The notes beneath the pieces are model-generated. The model did not search any database, was not told where the DNA came from, and saw only the letters and a program-made list of their open reading frames with translations. From IMG/VR virus record IMGVR_UViG_3300042462_000205: a stretch of DNA of 64,000 nucleotides. One strand, given 5' to 3'. Made by a program: the position numbers and the translations under genes. The DNA comes from an uncultured virus (IMG/VR IMGVR_UViG_3300042462_000205). Its lineage: Duplodnaviria; Heunggongvirae; Uroviricota; Caudoviricetes. Positions 1-7,977 of the stretch are shown piece after piece; within the stretch, counting starts at the first letter, position 1; each line of letters starts with the position of its first letter.

Positions 1-140
1 AGAAAGCCGTAACAATATGTATTCGAGGTTAGGAGAGTACGGCAAACCGTCCAAGGGTAGCTGATGCCTGTGGTGCAACTCCACCGTTGAAATCAGTCAT
101 GATTCTGCACATGATAACAGGCCTGTACTGGCCGCAGAAC
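1..140 (+). ncRNA. candidate structured RNA, 5' end probably outside window
   Basis: Non-coding stretch before first tRNA; stems gccgta/tacggc, ctgat/atcag enclosing gtgg-tgcaact-ccac, ttctgc/gcagaa. Confidence 0.3.
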
Positions 141-146
141 TTTTAT

Positions 147-221
147 AGCGCGGTGGAGAAGTGGCAACTCATCAGTCTCATAAGCTGAAGATCGGGGGTT
201 CGAATCCCTCCTGCGCAACCA
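147..221 (+). tRNA. tRNA-Met(CAT), initiator-like
   Basis: Cloverleaf; anticodon arm tcagt-ctCATaa-gctga; A1:A72 mismatch; TTCGAAT T-loop; CCA encoded. Confidence 0.9.
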
Positions 222-237
222 ACACAGGAGAAGTAAC

Positions 238-399
238 ATGGCAGTGAAAAAAGCAAATCCAATGCAGACACGCACAGGTAAACCACGGTTAGGTCCATTG
301 AACCTAACACAATTAAATACCATGTTAGAAAAGACTAGTAGGAAAAAGGATCAAGCAAAGATCCGTAGTCGTATTAGAATATTAGAAGCACGTAAGTAA
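238..399 (+). CDS. small basic hypothetical protein (53 aa, MAVKKANPMQTRTGKPR...)
   Basis: Hand-translated, below ORF-track cutoff; AGGAG RBS 7 nt upstream. Confidence 0.7.
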   Translation: MAVKKANPMQTRTGKPRLGPLNLTQLNTMLEKTSRKKDQAKIRSRIRILEARK

Positions 400-410
400 A
401 AGTTTTAACC

Positions 411-495
411 GCCGGCTTGCGCAGAGTGGGATTGCACCTGACTTGTAATCAGGCTTCGTAAGATAGAGAGTGTTCGATTCACTCAGCCGGCACCA
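411..495 (+). tRNA. tRNA-Thr(TGT) with long variable region
   Basis: gccggct/agccggc acceptor, cctga-ctTGTaa-tcagg, 14-nt variable region, CCA. Confidence 0.85.
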
Positions 496-505
496 GTTTT
501 AAAAT

Positions 506-580
506 GCAGCTATCGTCTATCGGTTAGGACATCGGGTTTTCATCCCGGCAAGCGGGGTTCGATTCCCCGTAGCTGTACCA
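506..580 (+). tRNA. tRNA-Glu(TTC)
   Basis: Cloverleaf, tcggg-ttTTCat-cccgg, CCA. Confidence 0.92.
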
Positions 581-587
581 GTAATAT

Positions 588-672
588 GCCTCTGTGGTGG
601 AATTGGTATACACGCTGGTCTTAGAAGCCAGTGCTGAAAGGCTTGAGAGTTCGAGTCTCTCCGGGGGCACCA
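588..672 (+). tRNA. tRNA-Leu(TAG)
   Basis: Class II cloverleaf, ctggt-ctTAGaa-gccag, CCA. Confidence 0.93.
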
Positions 673-682
673 AAAGTTTTAT

Positions 683-756
683 GCGGGATTAGTTTAATGG
701 CAAAACTGGAGTTTTCCAAACTTCTGTCATCAGTTCGATTCTGATATCCCGCTCCA
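683..756 (+). tRNA. tRNA-Gly(TCC)
   Basis: gcgggat/atcccgc, ggagt-ttTCCaa-acttc, U73, CCA. Confidence 0.93.
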
Positions 757-761
757 AACAC

Positions 762-965
762 TAGCTTTACACTTTGCGCTTTATCGAAAGTGGGTAATTG
801 GCAATTCCATAGCGCCAGGGCACACACGATGGTCTAGACCATGCCACAAGTCCCATTGCCGGGAGCCTTGAAAGTATCGTGGGTTATTTGTTGTTATATC
901 CATAAGATAACAGCTGGACAGGGTAACTACTCAGTTCTGGGCTAGGTGGTGCTGGTAGCAGAACA
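762..965 (+). ncRNA. structured ncRNA, possibly manA-like
   Basis: About 200 nt after tRNA-Gly with many stems (acttt/aaagt, cacgat/atcgtg, tccc/ggga, tgttat/ataaca, gttctg/cagaac). Confidence 0.5.
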
Positions 966-983
966 CTTACACAAGGATACATA

Positions 984-2096
984 TTGAAAAATCTTTATTG
1001 CGCCGCTCCGTGGAGAGGATTACATATAGCTACAAATGGTGATGTTAAACCATGTTGTGCAGGTACCTACGGATTTGGCAATATAAACAATGATAACATT
1101 GAAGATATATTAAATGTACCCAAATGGCAACAGCTACGTCAACAGATTGCCGATGATATAGTACCATCATACTGCGGAACTTGTGAACGTAATGGGCTAG
1201 CGGCTGAACGCTCTTGGCATAATACTATGAGTCCCAACATCGGCGACTTAGGTATTGATCATCACGGTCCGGCAATACTCGACGTACGTTGGAGCAATGC
1301 TTGTAATTTAAGTTGTATCTATTGTAACCCTAATGATAGTAGCATGTGGGCTAAAAAATTAAATTTACCCCTACTGACTAAACGTAAAGACTACTACACT
1401 AATATTATCAATTATGTGCAGTCTAATCAACAGCATCTGCGAGTTGTGGCATTTATTGGTGGCGAACCGTTATTAATCCCGCAGTGTGCGGAATTACTTG
1501 ATGTAATACCAGAAGATGTTATCTGTCAGATGATTACTAATTTAAGTATGGATTTAGAAAATAATCCAGTGTTTAAAAAATTAGCATTACGAAAAAATGT
1601 ATCGTGGTCCGTGAGTTTTGAAAATGTAGGACAACAGTTTGAATATGTGCGTAGAGGCGCAAGCTGGAATCAATTAACTAAAAATTTATTGATGCTTAAA
1701 GAATTAGAACAAACGCAAAATCATTCAATTGATATACACACTGTATTAAACATTTTAAGTTTAGACAGTATGAATGATTTAGTAAAGTTTGGTGTAGAAC
1801 AACAAATACAGCATGTTATAAATTTTTTAGAAGATCCTACAGCATTAGATCTACGTAGATTTCCTGTGCAGGTAATTGAACATATTAGAACTAAGATTCA
1901 GCCAGCATACGAAATTATGAATCAGCAGGACAAAGATACATTTGATGATTATTTTAATAATAACTTAAAACCCAACGATAATCAAGTTGCAGAGTTTTAT
2001 AAATTTATTAAAAACATGGAAACAGCTGAATTAAAATTTAGTGAGTTATGGCCAGACCTACATAACTTATTAAGTAATAGAAATACGGGGGTGTAG
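984..2096 (+). CDS. radical SAM protein with N-terminal twitch/SPASM-like domain
   Basis: CNLSCIYC (CxxxCxxC), GGEP; N-terminal CAAPW..VKPCC..CGTC; TTG start after AAGGA. Confidence 0.88.
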   Translation: MKNLYCAAPWRGLHIATNGDVKPCCAGTYGFGNINNDNIEDILNVPKWQQLRQQIADDIVPSYCGTCERNGLAAERSWHNTMSPNIGDLGIDHHGPAILDVRWSNACNLSCIYCNPNDSSMWAKKLNLPLLTKRKDYYTNIINYVQSNQQHLRVVAFIGGEPLLIPQCAELLDVIPEDVICQMITNLSMDLENNPVFKKLALRKNVSWSVSFENVGQQFEYVRRGASWNQLTKNLLMLKELEQTQNHSIDIHTVLNILSLDSMNDLVKFGVEQQIQHVINFLEDPTALDLRRFPVQVIEHIRTKIQPAYEIMNQQDKDTFDDYFNNNLKPNDNQVAEFYKFIKNMETAELKFSELWPDLHNLLSNRNTGV

Positions 2097-2162
2097 CTCA
2101 GTTGGGAGAGCGCATGCTTTGCAAGCATGATGTCGCAAGTTCGATCCTTGTCACCTCCACCA
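2087..2162 (+). tRNA. tRNA-Ala(TGC)
   Basis: G3:U70 pair, catgc-ttTGCaa-gcatg, CCA. Confidence 0.95.
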
Positions 2163-2167
2163 TTTAT

Positions 2168-2242
2168 TCCGAAGTAGCGTAGCGGTAGCGCAGGAGACTG
2201 TTAATCTCTTGGTCGGTGGTTCGATCCCACCCTTCGGAGCCA
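2168..2242 (+). tRNA. tRNA-Asn(GTT)
   Basis: tccgaag/cttcgga, ggaga-ctGTTaa-tctct, G73, CCA. Confidence 0.95.
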
Positions 2243-2250
2243 AATTAAAT

Positions 2251-2326
2251 GCTTCAATAGCTCAGTTGGTAGAGCACAGTGTTGATAACGCTTAGGTCCC
2301 TGGTTCGAGTCCAGGTTGAAGCACCA
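2251..2326 (+). tRNA. tRNA-Ile(GAT)
   Basis: gcttcaa/ttgaagc, ttGATaa loop, CCA. Confidence 0.93.
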
Positions 2327-2327
2327 A

Positions 2328-2415
2328 GGAAGTTACTGAGGTCGGCTCCTCACACAGTCTTGAAAACTGTAGTTACCAGGAATGGTAAATCGTTCGATGC
2401 GATTAACTTCCGCCA
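2328..2415 (+). tRNA. tRNA-Ser(TGA), non-canonical (8/4-capable, tRNA-Sec-like body)
   Basis: ggaagtta/taacttcc, 5-bp D stem tgagg/cctca, acagt-ctTGAaa-actgt, V arm ttacca-ggaa-tggtaa, G73, CCA. Confidence 0.85.
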
Positions 2416-2420
2416 AATAC

Positions 2421-2449
2421 TTGACACTGTTGATAAACGGTGTTATAAT
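2421..2449 (+). promoter_or_regulatory. sigma70 promoter
   Basis: TTGACA-17 nt-TATAAT, perfect consensus. Confidence 0.85.
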
Positions 2450-2469
2450 AGTTGTATAGTAAGAAATTA

Positions 2470-2559
2470 GGAGAGTTGGCCGAGTGGTCGAAGGCAGCGG
2501 CTTGCTAAGCCGTCCTCCCAGTAATGGGAGCATAGGTTCGAATCCTATACTCTCCGCCA
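2470..2559 (+). tRNA. tRNA-Ser(GCT)
   Basis: Class II, gcggc-ttGCTaa-gccgt, long V arm, G73, CCA. Confidence 0.95.
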
Positions 2560-2565
2560 AACAAC

Positions 2566-2670
2566 AGAACCGGCCACGCCTCTTAATAATGCGCAACATG
2601 GTAAGCTGGATTTACAGCTAAAACTTGAGGACGCTCAAGGCTTCGGTCGTCCGGGAGGATAACTCCCAAC
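2566..2670 (+). ncRNA. candidate structured ncRNA between tRNAs
   Basis: Hairpins agctg/cagct (2604-2619), cttgag/ctcaag (2624-2639), gggag/ctccc (2653-2667). Confidence 0.4.
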
Positions 2671-2691
2671 CCTTTTCCCTTATAGTTTAAT

Positions 2692-2765
2692 TGGCTCATG
2701 GTGTAGTGGTAGCACAACAGGTTTTGATCCTGTTAGTCCTAGTTCGATTCTAGGTGGGCCTGCCA
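2692..2765 (+). tRNA. tRNA-Gln(TTG)
   Basis: acagg-ttTTGat-cctgt, unpaired 1:72, G73, CCA. Confidence 0.92.
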
Positions 2766-2769
2766 ATAA

Positions 2770-2846
2770 CGGCCCGTAATTCAACTGGATAGAAAGCAAG
2801 TCTTCGAAACTTGAGGTTGGGAGTTCGAATCTCTCCGGGCCGGCCA
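2770..2846 (+). tRNA. tRNA-Arg(TCG)
   Basis: cggcccg/cgggccg, caagt-ctTCGaa-acttg, CCA. Confidence 0.92.
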
Positions 2847-2866
2847 AATATTACTGCTCAGTAAGA

Positions 2867-2895
2867 TTGACAGTTTGACAAAATGATAGTATAAT
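2867..2895 (+). promoter_or_regulatory. sigma70 promoter, leaderless for 2902
   Basis: TTGACA-17-TATAAT, ATG 6 nt downstream. Confidence 0.85.
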
Positions 2896-2901
2896 ATACA
2901 C

Positions 2902-3144
2902 ATGACTGAAGATCAACAATTAGCCTGGGACATATTAAGTACACCTAGTTATGCGGACTTTAAAGAGTATCGTAAGACTCATCGTACTACATGGTTAACT
3001 AAAACACGCAAAATCTTATTGATCAGTGACATGGATACAGCACACATCATAAGTTGTATTAACATGTTAGAACGATTAGAACAACAGTATACATTTGCCT
3101 ATGGCGGTCTAATAGAAGAACTACGTAAGAGAGGACAGGAATGA
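2902..3144 (+). CDS. hypothetical protein
   Basis: ORF directly after promoter, overlaps next start. Confidence 0.7.
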   Translation: MTEDQQLAWDILSTPSYADFKEYRKTHRTTWLTKTRKILLISDMDTAHIISCINMLERLEQQYTFAYGGLIEELRKRGQE

Positions 3145-3560
3145 TGAAACCATGGATTGAAAATATTAGTCTTGATGATGTACGCAAAGGATATCACTAC
3201 GACCCAGGTTTTAACAGTATGCTAATACAGATTGTAGATCCTGGTACAGAATTTCCTACACCTAAGTATGCATTCCGTACTGTGCGTCAGTTTTACTTCT
3301 TAGATGTAGAAGAAAGTGACAGCGATAAGTTTTACTATGAGGCGGCAATTACCAACGCCGATGCTAAGGGTATTGCTGAAGCATTAAAAGAAGCATGGGA
3401 ACAAAGTATGAATGTAGTGGTACACTGCCATATGGGTGTAGCACGTAGTGGTGCGGTGGCAGAAGTAGGGCATATGATTGGATTTAGAGATACAGAGAAA
3501 TACCGTATCCCAAACCTAATGGTCAAACATAAATTAATGTATTACTTGGATTTAGTCTAG
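3141..3560 (+). CDS. CX5R (PTP/dual-specificity-like) phosphatase
   Basis: VVHCHMGVARS motif. Confidence 0.8.
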   Translation: MMKPWIENISLDDVRKGYHYDPGFNSMLIQIVDPGTEFPTPKYAFRTVRQFYFLDVEESDSDKFYYEAAITNADAKGIAEALKEAWEQSMNVVVHCHMGVARSGAVAEVGHMIGFRDTEKYRIPNLMVKHKLMYYLDLV

Positions 3561-3586
3561 TAGTAAATACAATATAAGGGCAGTAT

Positions 3587-4057
3587 ATGAAAAAACTGAA
3601 TTTCGATGAAGTACGTGATTTTATCAATGCACAAAGTACAGAAACAAAAATCTACATTGGTGGCGATAGTACACGTTTCCGTAAAAATGGACAATGGCAT
3701 GCTGAATACACTTTAGCTGTGGTTGTCCACATTGACGGCAAACACGGCTGTAAGATATTTGGTGAAAGTTCAACGGAAGTAGACTACGACCAAAAACGTA
3801 ATCGTCCTAGTATGCGCCTAATGAATGAAGTTTACAAAATTTCAGAACTGTACTTAAAACTACACGAAGTATTAGAAGGGCGCGATGTTGCTGTACACTT
3901 AGACATCAACCCAAACGAAGCTCACGGTTCAAGCTGTGTAGTTCAACAGGCCATTGGTTATATTCGCGGAACATGCAATGTTATCCCAATGGTTAAACCA
4001 AACGCATGGGCCGCAAGTTACGCGGCTGATAGATTGCATCACGTATTAGCAGCATAA
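3587..4057 (+). CDS. RNase H-like YkuK (DUF458) family protein
   Basis: IYIGGDS, RLMNEV, VHLDIN, KPNAWAASYAADR motifs. Confidence 0.8.
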   Translation: MKKLNFDEVRDFINAQSTETKIYIGGDSTRFRKNGQWHAEYTLAVVVHIDGKHGCKIFGESSTEVDYDQKRNRPSMRLMNEVYKISELYLKLHEVLEGRDVAVHLDINPNEAHGSSCVVQQAIGYIRGTCNVIPMVKPNAWAASYAADRLHHVLAA

Positions 4058-4078
4058 TTTAATTATATAAGGATTAAC

Positions 4079-5365
4079 ATGGATTATAAAATAGCAGACA
4101 TTAGCCTAGCGGCATGGGGTCATAAAGAAATTGCAATTGCAGAAACAGAAATGCCAGGGTTAATGGCAATTCGTAAAGAATTAGAAGCCGAGCAGCCACT
4201 TAACGGCGCACGTATCACAGGGTCATTACACATGACTATTCAAACTGCGGTACTGGTACAGACTCTTGTAGCATTAGGCGCTGAAGTACGTTGGGCAAGT
4301 TGCAATATTTTTTCAACACAAGACCATGCCGCGGCAGCACTAGCTGATTCGGGTATTCCTGTATTTGCTTGGAAAGGCGAAACAGAAGATGAATACTGGT
4401 GGTGCTTAGAACAAACAGTTAAAGGTCCAGATGGTTGGGTTCCTAACATGTTGTTAGATGATGGGCATGACCTAACTTGGTATATCCATGTTAACTATCC
4501 AGAACTATTAGCAGACATCCGTGGTGTAACAGAAGAAACAACCACGGGTATCCATAAAATTAACGAAGCTATTGCCAACGGCAGTTTTAAACTACGTGCT
4601 ATCAACGTTAACGATTCAGTAACTAAGAGCAAGTTTGATAACTTATATGGTTGTCGTGAAAGCCTAGTTGATGCTGTTAAACGTGCTACAGATGTTATGA
4701 TTGCTGGTAAGGTTGCTGTGGTAGCAGGCTATGGTGATGTAGGTAAAGGTTCAGCACAGGCATTGCGTGCCTTAAGTGCCCAAGTTTGGGTAACTGAAGT
4801 TGATCCAATCTGCGCCCTACAAGCCGCAATGGAAGGCTACAAAGTAGTTACCATGGACTATGCCGCAGACAAAGCAGACATCTTTGTAACAGCAACAGGC
4901 AACGTAGATATCATTACACACGATCATATGATGCAGATGAAACACAATGCTATTGTATGTAACATTGGCCACTTTGACAGTGAAATTCAAATTGCCAGTT
5001 TAGTTAAATATGAGTGGGATGAAATTAAACCACAAGTAGATCATGTAACCATGCCTAATGGTCGTAAGATTATTATCCTAGCCAAAGGACGACTAGTAAA
5101 CTTAGGTTGTGGTACAGGACATCCAAGTTTTGTTATGTCAAACAGTTTTACTAATCAAGTAATTGCACAGGTAGAAATGTACACCAACTATGCTAACTAT
5201 GAAATTGGTAAGATGTACTTGTTGCCTAAACACTTAGATGAAAAGGTTGCTAGCTTACATCTAGCACAGATTGGCGCAGAGCTAACCACATTAAATCAAA
5301 CACAAGCAGATTATATTGGTGTTCCAGTTGTTGGACCATTCAAACCTGATACGTATAGATATTGA
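4079..5365 (+). CDS. ahcY: adenosylhomocysteinase (SAH hydrolase)
   Basis: [52 protein letters not shown]-terminal YRY. Confidence 0.98.
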   Translation: MDYKIADISLAAWGHKEIAIAETEMPGLMAIRKELEAEQPLNGARITGSLHMTIQTAVLVQTLVALGAEVRWASCNIFSTQDHAAAALADSGIPVFAWKGETEDEYWWCLEQTVKGPDGWVPNMLLDDGHDLTWYIHVNYPELLADIRGVTEETTTGIHKINEAIANGSFKLRAINVNDSVTKSKFDNLYGCRESLVDAVKRATDVMIAGKVAVVAGYGDVGKGSAQALRALSAQVWVTEVDPICALQAAMEGYKVVTMDYAADKADIFVTATGNVDIITHDHMMQMKHNAIVCNIGHFDSEIQIASLVKYEWDEIKPQVDHVTMPNGRKIIILAKGRLVNLGCGTGHPSFVMSNSFTNQVIAQVEMYTNYANYEIGKMYLLPKHLDEKVASLHLAQIGAELTTLNQTQADYIGVPVVGPFKPDTYRY

Positions 5366-5394
5366 TTGACAATACAATCGTTTGATAGTATAAT
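5366..5394 (+). promoter_or_regulatory. sigma70 promoter
   Basis: TTGACA-17-TATAAT. Confidence 0.85.
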
Positions 5395-5418
5395 ACACAA
5401 TCGAATAAGGAGAACGCC

Positions 5419-6294
5419 GTGCGTTTAGCAATAGCATCAGATATACATTTGGAGTTTGGTACAATAGAATTGGCCAATGACTCTGATGCTGATGTCTTAA
5501 TCTTGGCTGGTGATATCTGTATGGCTCGAGACTTTGAACTTGATAATGATCGTTCACTTCGTTATCACATTTTCTTTGAAAGTGTCAGCAATGCCTTTCC
5601 TAAAGTTATCTATGTTCCGGGAAACCACGAACACTATAACGGTGATGTTGCTTATACATACAGTATACTTAAACATCATCTAGCTGTGTATGATAACATT
5701 CAAGTTATGGATAAAGAATCTGTTGAACTAGACGGTATTACGTTTGTCTGTGCCACTATGTGGACCAGCATGAACGATGAGGATCCTGTTACTCTACACG
5801 CTGTCAAAGACATGATGAATGACTTTCGCAATGTTAAGAACAGCAACAGAATGATATCACGTACAGTACCATTGTATGATGATGGTGAGTATAACGTGGA
5901 TCGTAAGGTTATTGGGCATACGGTCAAAGAAGAACCAGCTAAGTTTAGTCCACAGGACAGTGTTGTAGATCACAAGCAGTCTTTGGATTATATTAACCAT
6001 GTGTTGATGAATGATCAAACTAAGCAGTATGTAGTGGTTACACATCATACACCTAGCTGGCAAAGCTGTGCTCCTAAATGGTTAGGTGATCGTGTTATGA
6101 ACGGTGCGTTCCATACTGAACTCGGTGACTTCATAGCCTACCGCCCACAGATCAAACTGTGGGTACACGGTCATACACATGATGAGTTTGACTATGTAAT
6201 TGGTGAAACCCAAATAGTGTGTAATCCAAGAGGCTATATCGGACATGAAAACCAAGCCGACAGCTTTCAATTAAAATACATTGAATTGTTGTAA
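5419..6294 (+). CDS. calcineurin-like metallophosphoesterase
   Basis: SDIH, AGD, GNHE, THH, HGHTH motifs. Confidence 0.9.
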   Translation: MRLAIASDIHLEFGTIELANDSDADVLILAGDICMARDFELDNDRSLRYHIFFESVSNAFPKVIYVPGNHEHYNGDVAYTYSILKHHLAVYDNIQVMDKESVELDGITFVCATMWTSMNDEDPVTLHAVKDMMNDFRNVKNSNRMISRTVPLYDDGEYNVDRKVIGHTVKEEPAKFSPQDSVVDHKQSLDYINHVLMNDQTKQYVVVTHHTPSWQSCAPKWLGDRVMNGAFHTELGDFIAYRPQIKLWVHGHTHDEFDYVIGETQIVCNPRGYIGHENQADSFQLKYIELL

Positions 6295-6431
6295 AAATAC
6301 AACACTTTTAATCAATTTTACCAAAAAGTATATCAAAAAACAACAAGTTCTTGACTTCTTCTTATAAATAACTTACACTGAGTAGTATAACACTACAACC
6401 GTGTTAATCCAAATTAAGGAGAAGTAACGTA

Positions 6432-7640
6432 ATGAAAAAATTATTAGTAGCAACAGTATTAGCTGGTATGTACTCTACAGCAAACGCAGGTATTCAAGTC
6501 CCAGCAGGTGATTGGACTTTAGACATTGGTGGCGTTGTAAACGCATACTACACAAACACACGCGGCACAGGCAGTGCAGTGGTTGGTGGTCTAGGTGGTC
6601 CTAATGCCAATGGTCAACGTAACGAATCAAATATTACAACTGGTTTATTACCAAACGTATTATCAATTTCTGGTAAATCACGTCAAAATGATTTAGACAT
6701 TGGTTTCACAATCGCCATCAATCCTGGTGCTTCAACAACAACTAGTGGTGACCAAGGCGCTAATCAAGAAAATCGTCAAGCATTCTTAACCATCGGTGAT
6801 AAATCATGGGGTAGTGTAAAATTAGGTAAAGATCTAGGTATTTTCGCTAGTGATGCTATCTTAAACGACATGACATTGTTAGGTGTAGGTTCAGGTGCAG
6901 GTGCCTTAGCAGGTAACACAACAACATTGGGTCGTATTGGTACAGGTTACATGTATGCTGACTGGAAATCACAAGTTGCTTACACATCACCAAACTTCGA
7001 CGGCTTCCAATTCACAGCTGGCGTAACGCAAGCATGGAATGCTCAATCAGCTGACTTAAATGCTACTAGTGCAGTAACTAACGCTTCAGCTACTTCAACA
7101 GGCCGTGGCGGTGCTCAACCAGCATTTGAAGGTAAAGTATCTTACTCATTGGCAGGCCCTATTGCTGCTAAAGTTTGGACTAGTGCTATTTCACAAAAAG
7201 TTGAAGGCTTAACTGGTGCTAACCCAGCCGACCGTGCTTATGCGTGGGACGTTGGTACAAACTTAGCTGCTGGTCCATATGGTTTAACTGCTTACTACTT
7301 TGATGGTAAAGGTATTGGCCGTACACTACAATTGGCTGACGGTTTTGACACTACAGGTCGACGTCGTGATTCAAACGGCGGATACGTACAAGGTACATAC
7401 ACATTACCAACAGCAACTAAACTTGGCGTAAGCTGGGGGCAAAGCAAGTTAGATCGCAACAGCGGTGAAACAGCTACGGCATTAGTTGAGAAAAACGAAA
7501 TGTGGACACTTGGTGCATACCACCCACTTACTAAGTCAGTTAACCTAGTAGCTGAATACTCAGACGTTAAATCAGAAGCACAAAACGGTGCAGAAGGTAA
7601 ATCACGTTCAGTATCAGCAGGCGCTATCTTATTCTTCTAA
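6432..7640 (+). CDS. Gram-negative outer membrane porin
   Basis: Signal peptide (..STANA), amphipathic beta-strands, RQAFLTIGDKSWGSVKLGK, YTSPNFDGF, terminal Phe. Confidence 0.88.
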   Translation: MKKLLVATVLAGMYSTANAGIQVPAGDWTLDIGGVVNAYYTNTRGTGSAVVGGLGGPNANGQRNESNITTGLLPNVLSISGKSRQNDLDIGFTIAINPGASTTTSGDQGANQENRQAFLTIGDKSWGSVKLGKDLGIFASDAILNDMTLLGVGSGAGALAGNTTTLGRIGTGYMYADWKSQVAYTSPNFDGFQFTAGVTQAWNAQSADLNATSAVTNASATSTGRGGAQPAFEGKVSYSLAGPIAAKVWTSAISQKVEGLTGANPADRAYAWDVGTNLAAGPYGLTAYYFDGKGIGRTLQLADGFDTTGRRRDSNGGYVQGTYTLPTATKLGVSWGQSKLDRNSGETATALVEKNEMWTLGAYHPLTKSVNLVAEYSDVKSEAQNGAEGKSRSVSAGAILFF

Positions 7641-7664
7641 GATTAACTTCTTAGTTGAATAATT

Positions 7665-7689
7665 AAAAAGGCACTTCGGTGCCTTTTTT
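7665..7689 (+). terminator. rho-independent terminator
   Basis: aaaaaggcac-ttcg-gtgcctttttt. Confidence 0.9.
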
Positions 7690-7690
7690 G

Positions 7691-7719
7691 TTGACTTTAA
7701 TTTCTATAGGCAGTATACT
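7691..7719 (+). promoter_or_regulatory. sigma70 promoter, leaderless for 7726
   Basis: TTGACT-17-TATACT, ATG 6 nt downstream. Confidence 0.75.
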
Positions 7720-7725
7720 AATTAT

Positions 7726-7965
7726 ATGAACTACACACTTGAACAAATTATAGAACTAGCAAAAGAAGTAGAAACGACTGATGCTATAGATTGGGATAAC
7801 TTACCGTTGAATAAAGATAGTATATATCAACTGGTAGGCAGTCAAGCATACGAACTATATCAGCAATACGTCAACGCACAAGATGGCGAAGCAATTATAG
7901 TAGCAACAATCACTAAACTGTTAGTAGAAAATTTTGTACTAAATCTCAAAGTTGAATCACGATAA
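7726..7965 (+). CDS. hypothetical protein
   Basis: ORF after promoter. Confidence 0.7.
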   Translation: MNYTLEQIIELAKEVETTDAIDWDNLPLNKDSIYQLVGSQAYELYQQYVNAQDGEAIIVATITKLLVENFVLNLKVESR

Positions 7966-7977
7966 GGAGCAATACAC

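Noticed and set aside
2328..2415. Selenocysteine or opal-suppressor tRNA; genetic code reassignment
   Set aside because: Anticodon is TGA (reads UCN Ser), not TCA. tRNA-Leu anticodon TAG reads CUA, not amber. TAA, TAG and TGA all end intact genes.
93..2599. Track ORFs 93..323, 621..827, 2279..2470 and 2333..2599
   Set aside because: They overlap clear tRNA genes; shadow ORFs
4040..4079. SAH riboswitch upstream of ahcY
   Set aside because: Only 21 nt intergenic; no room or motif
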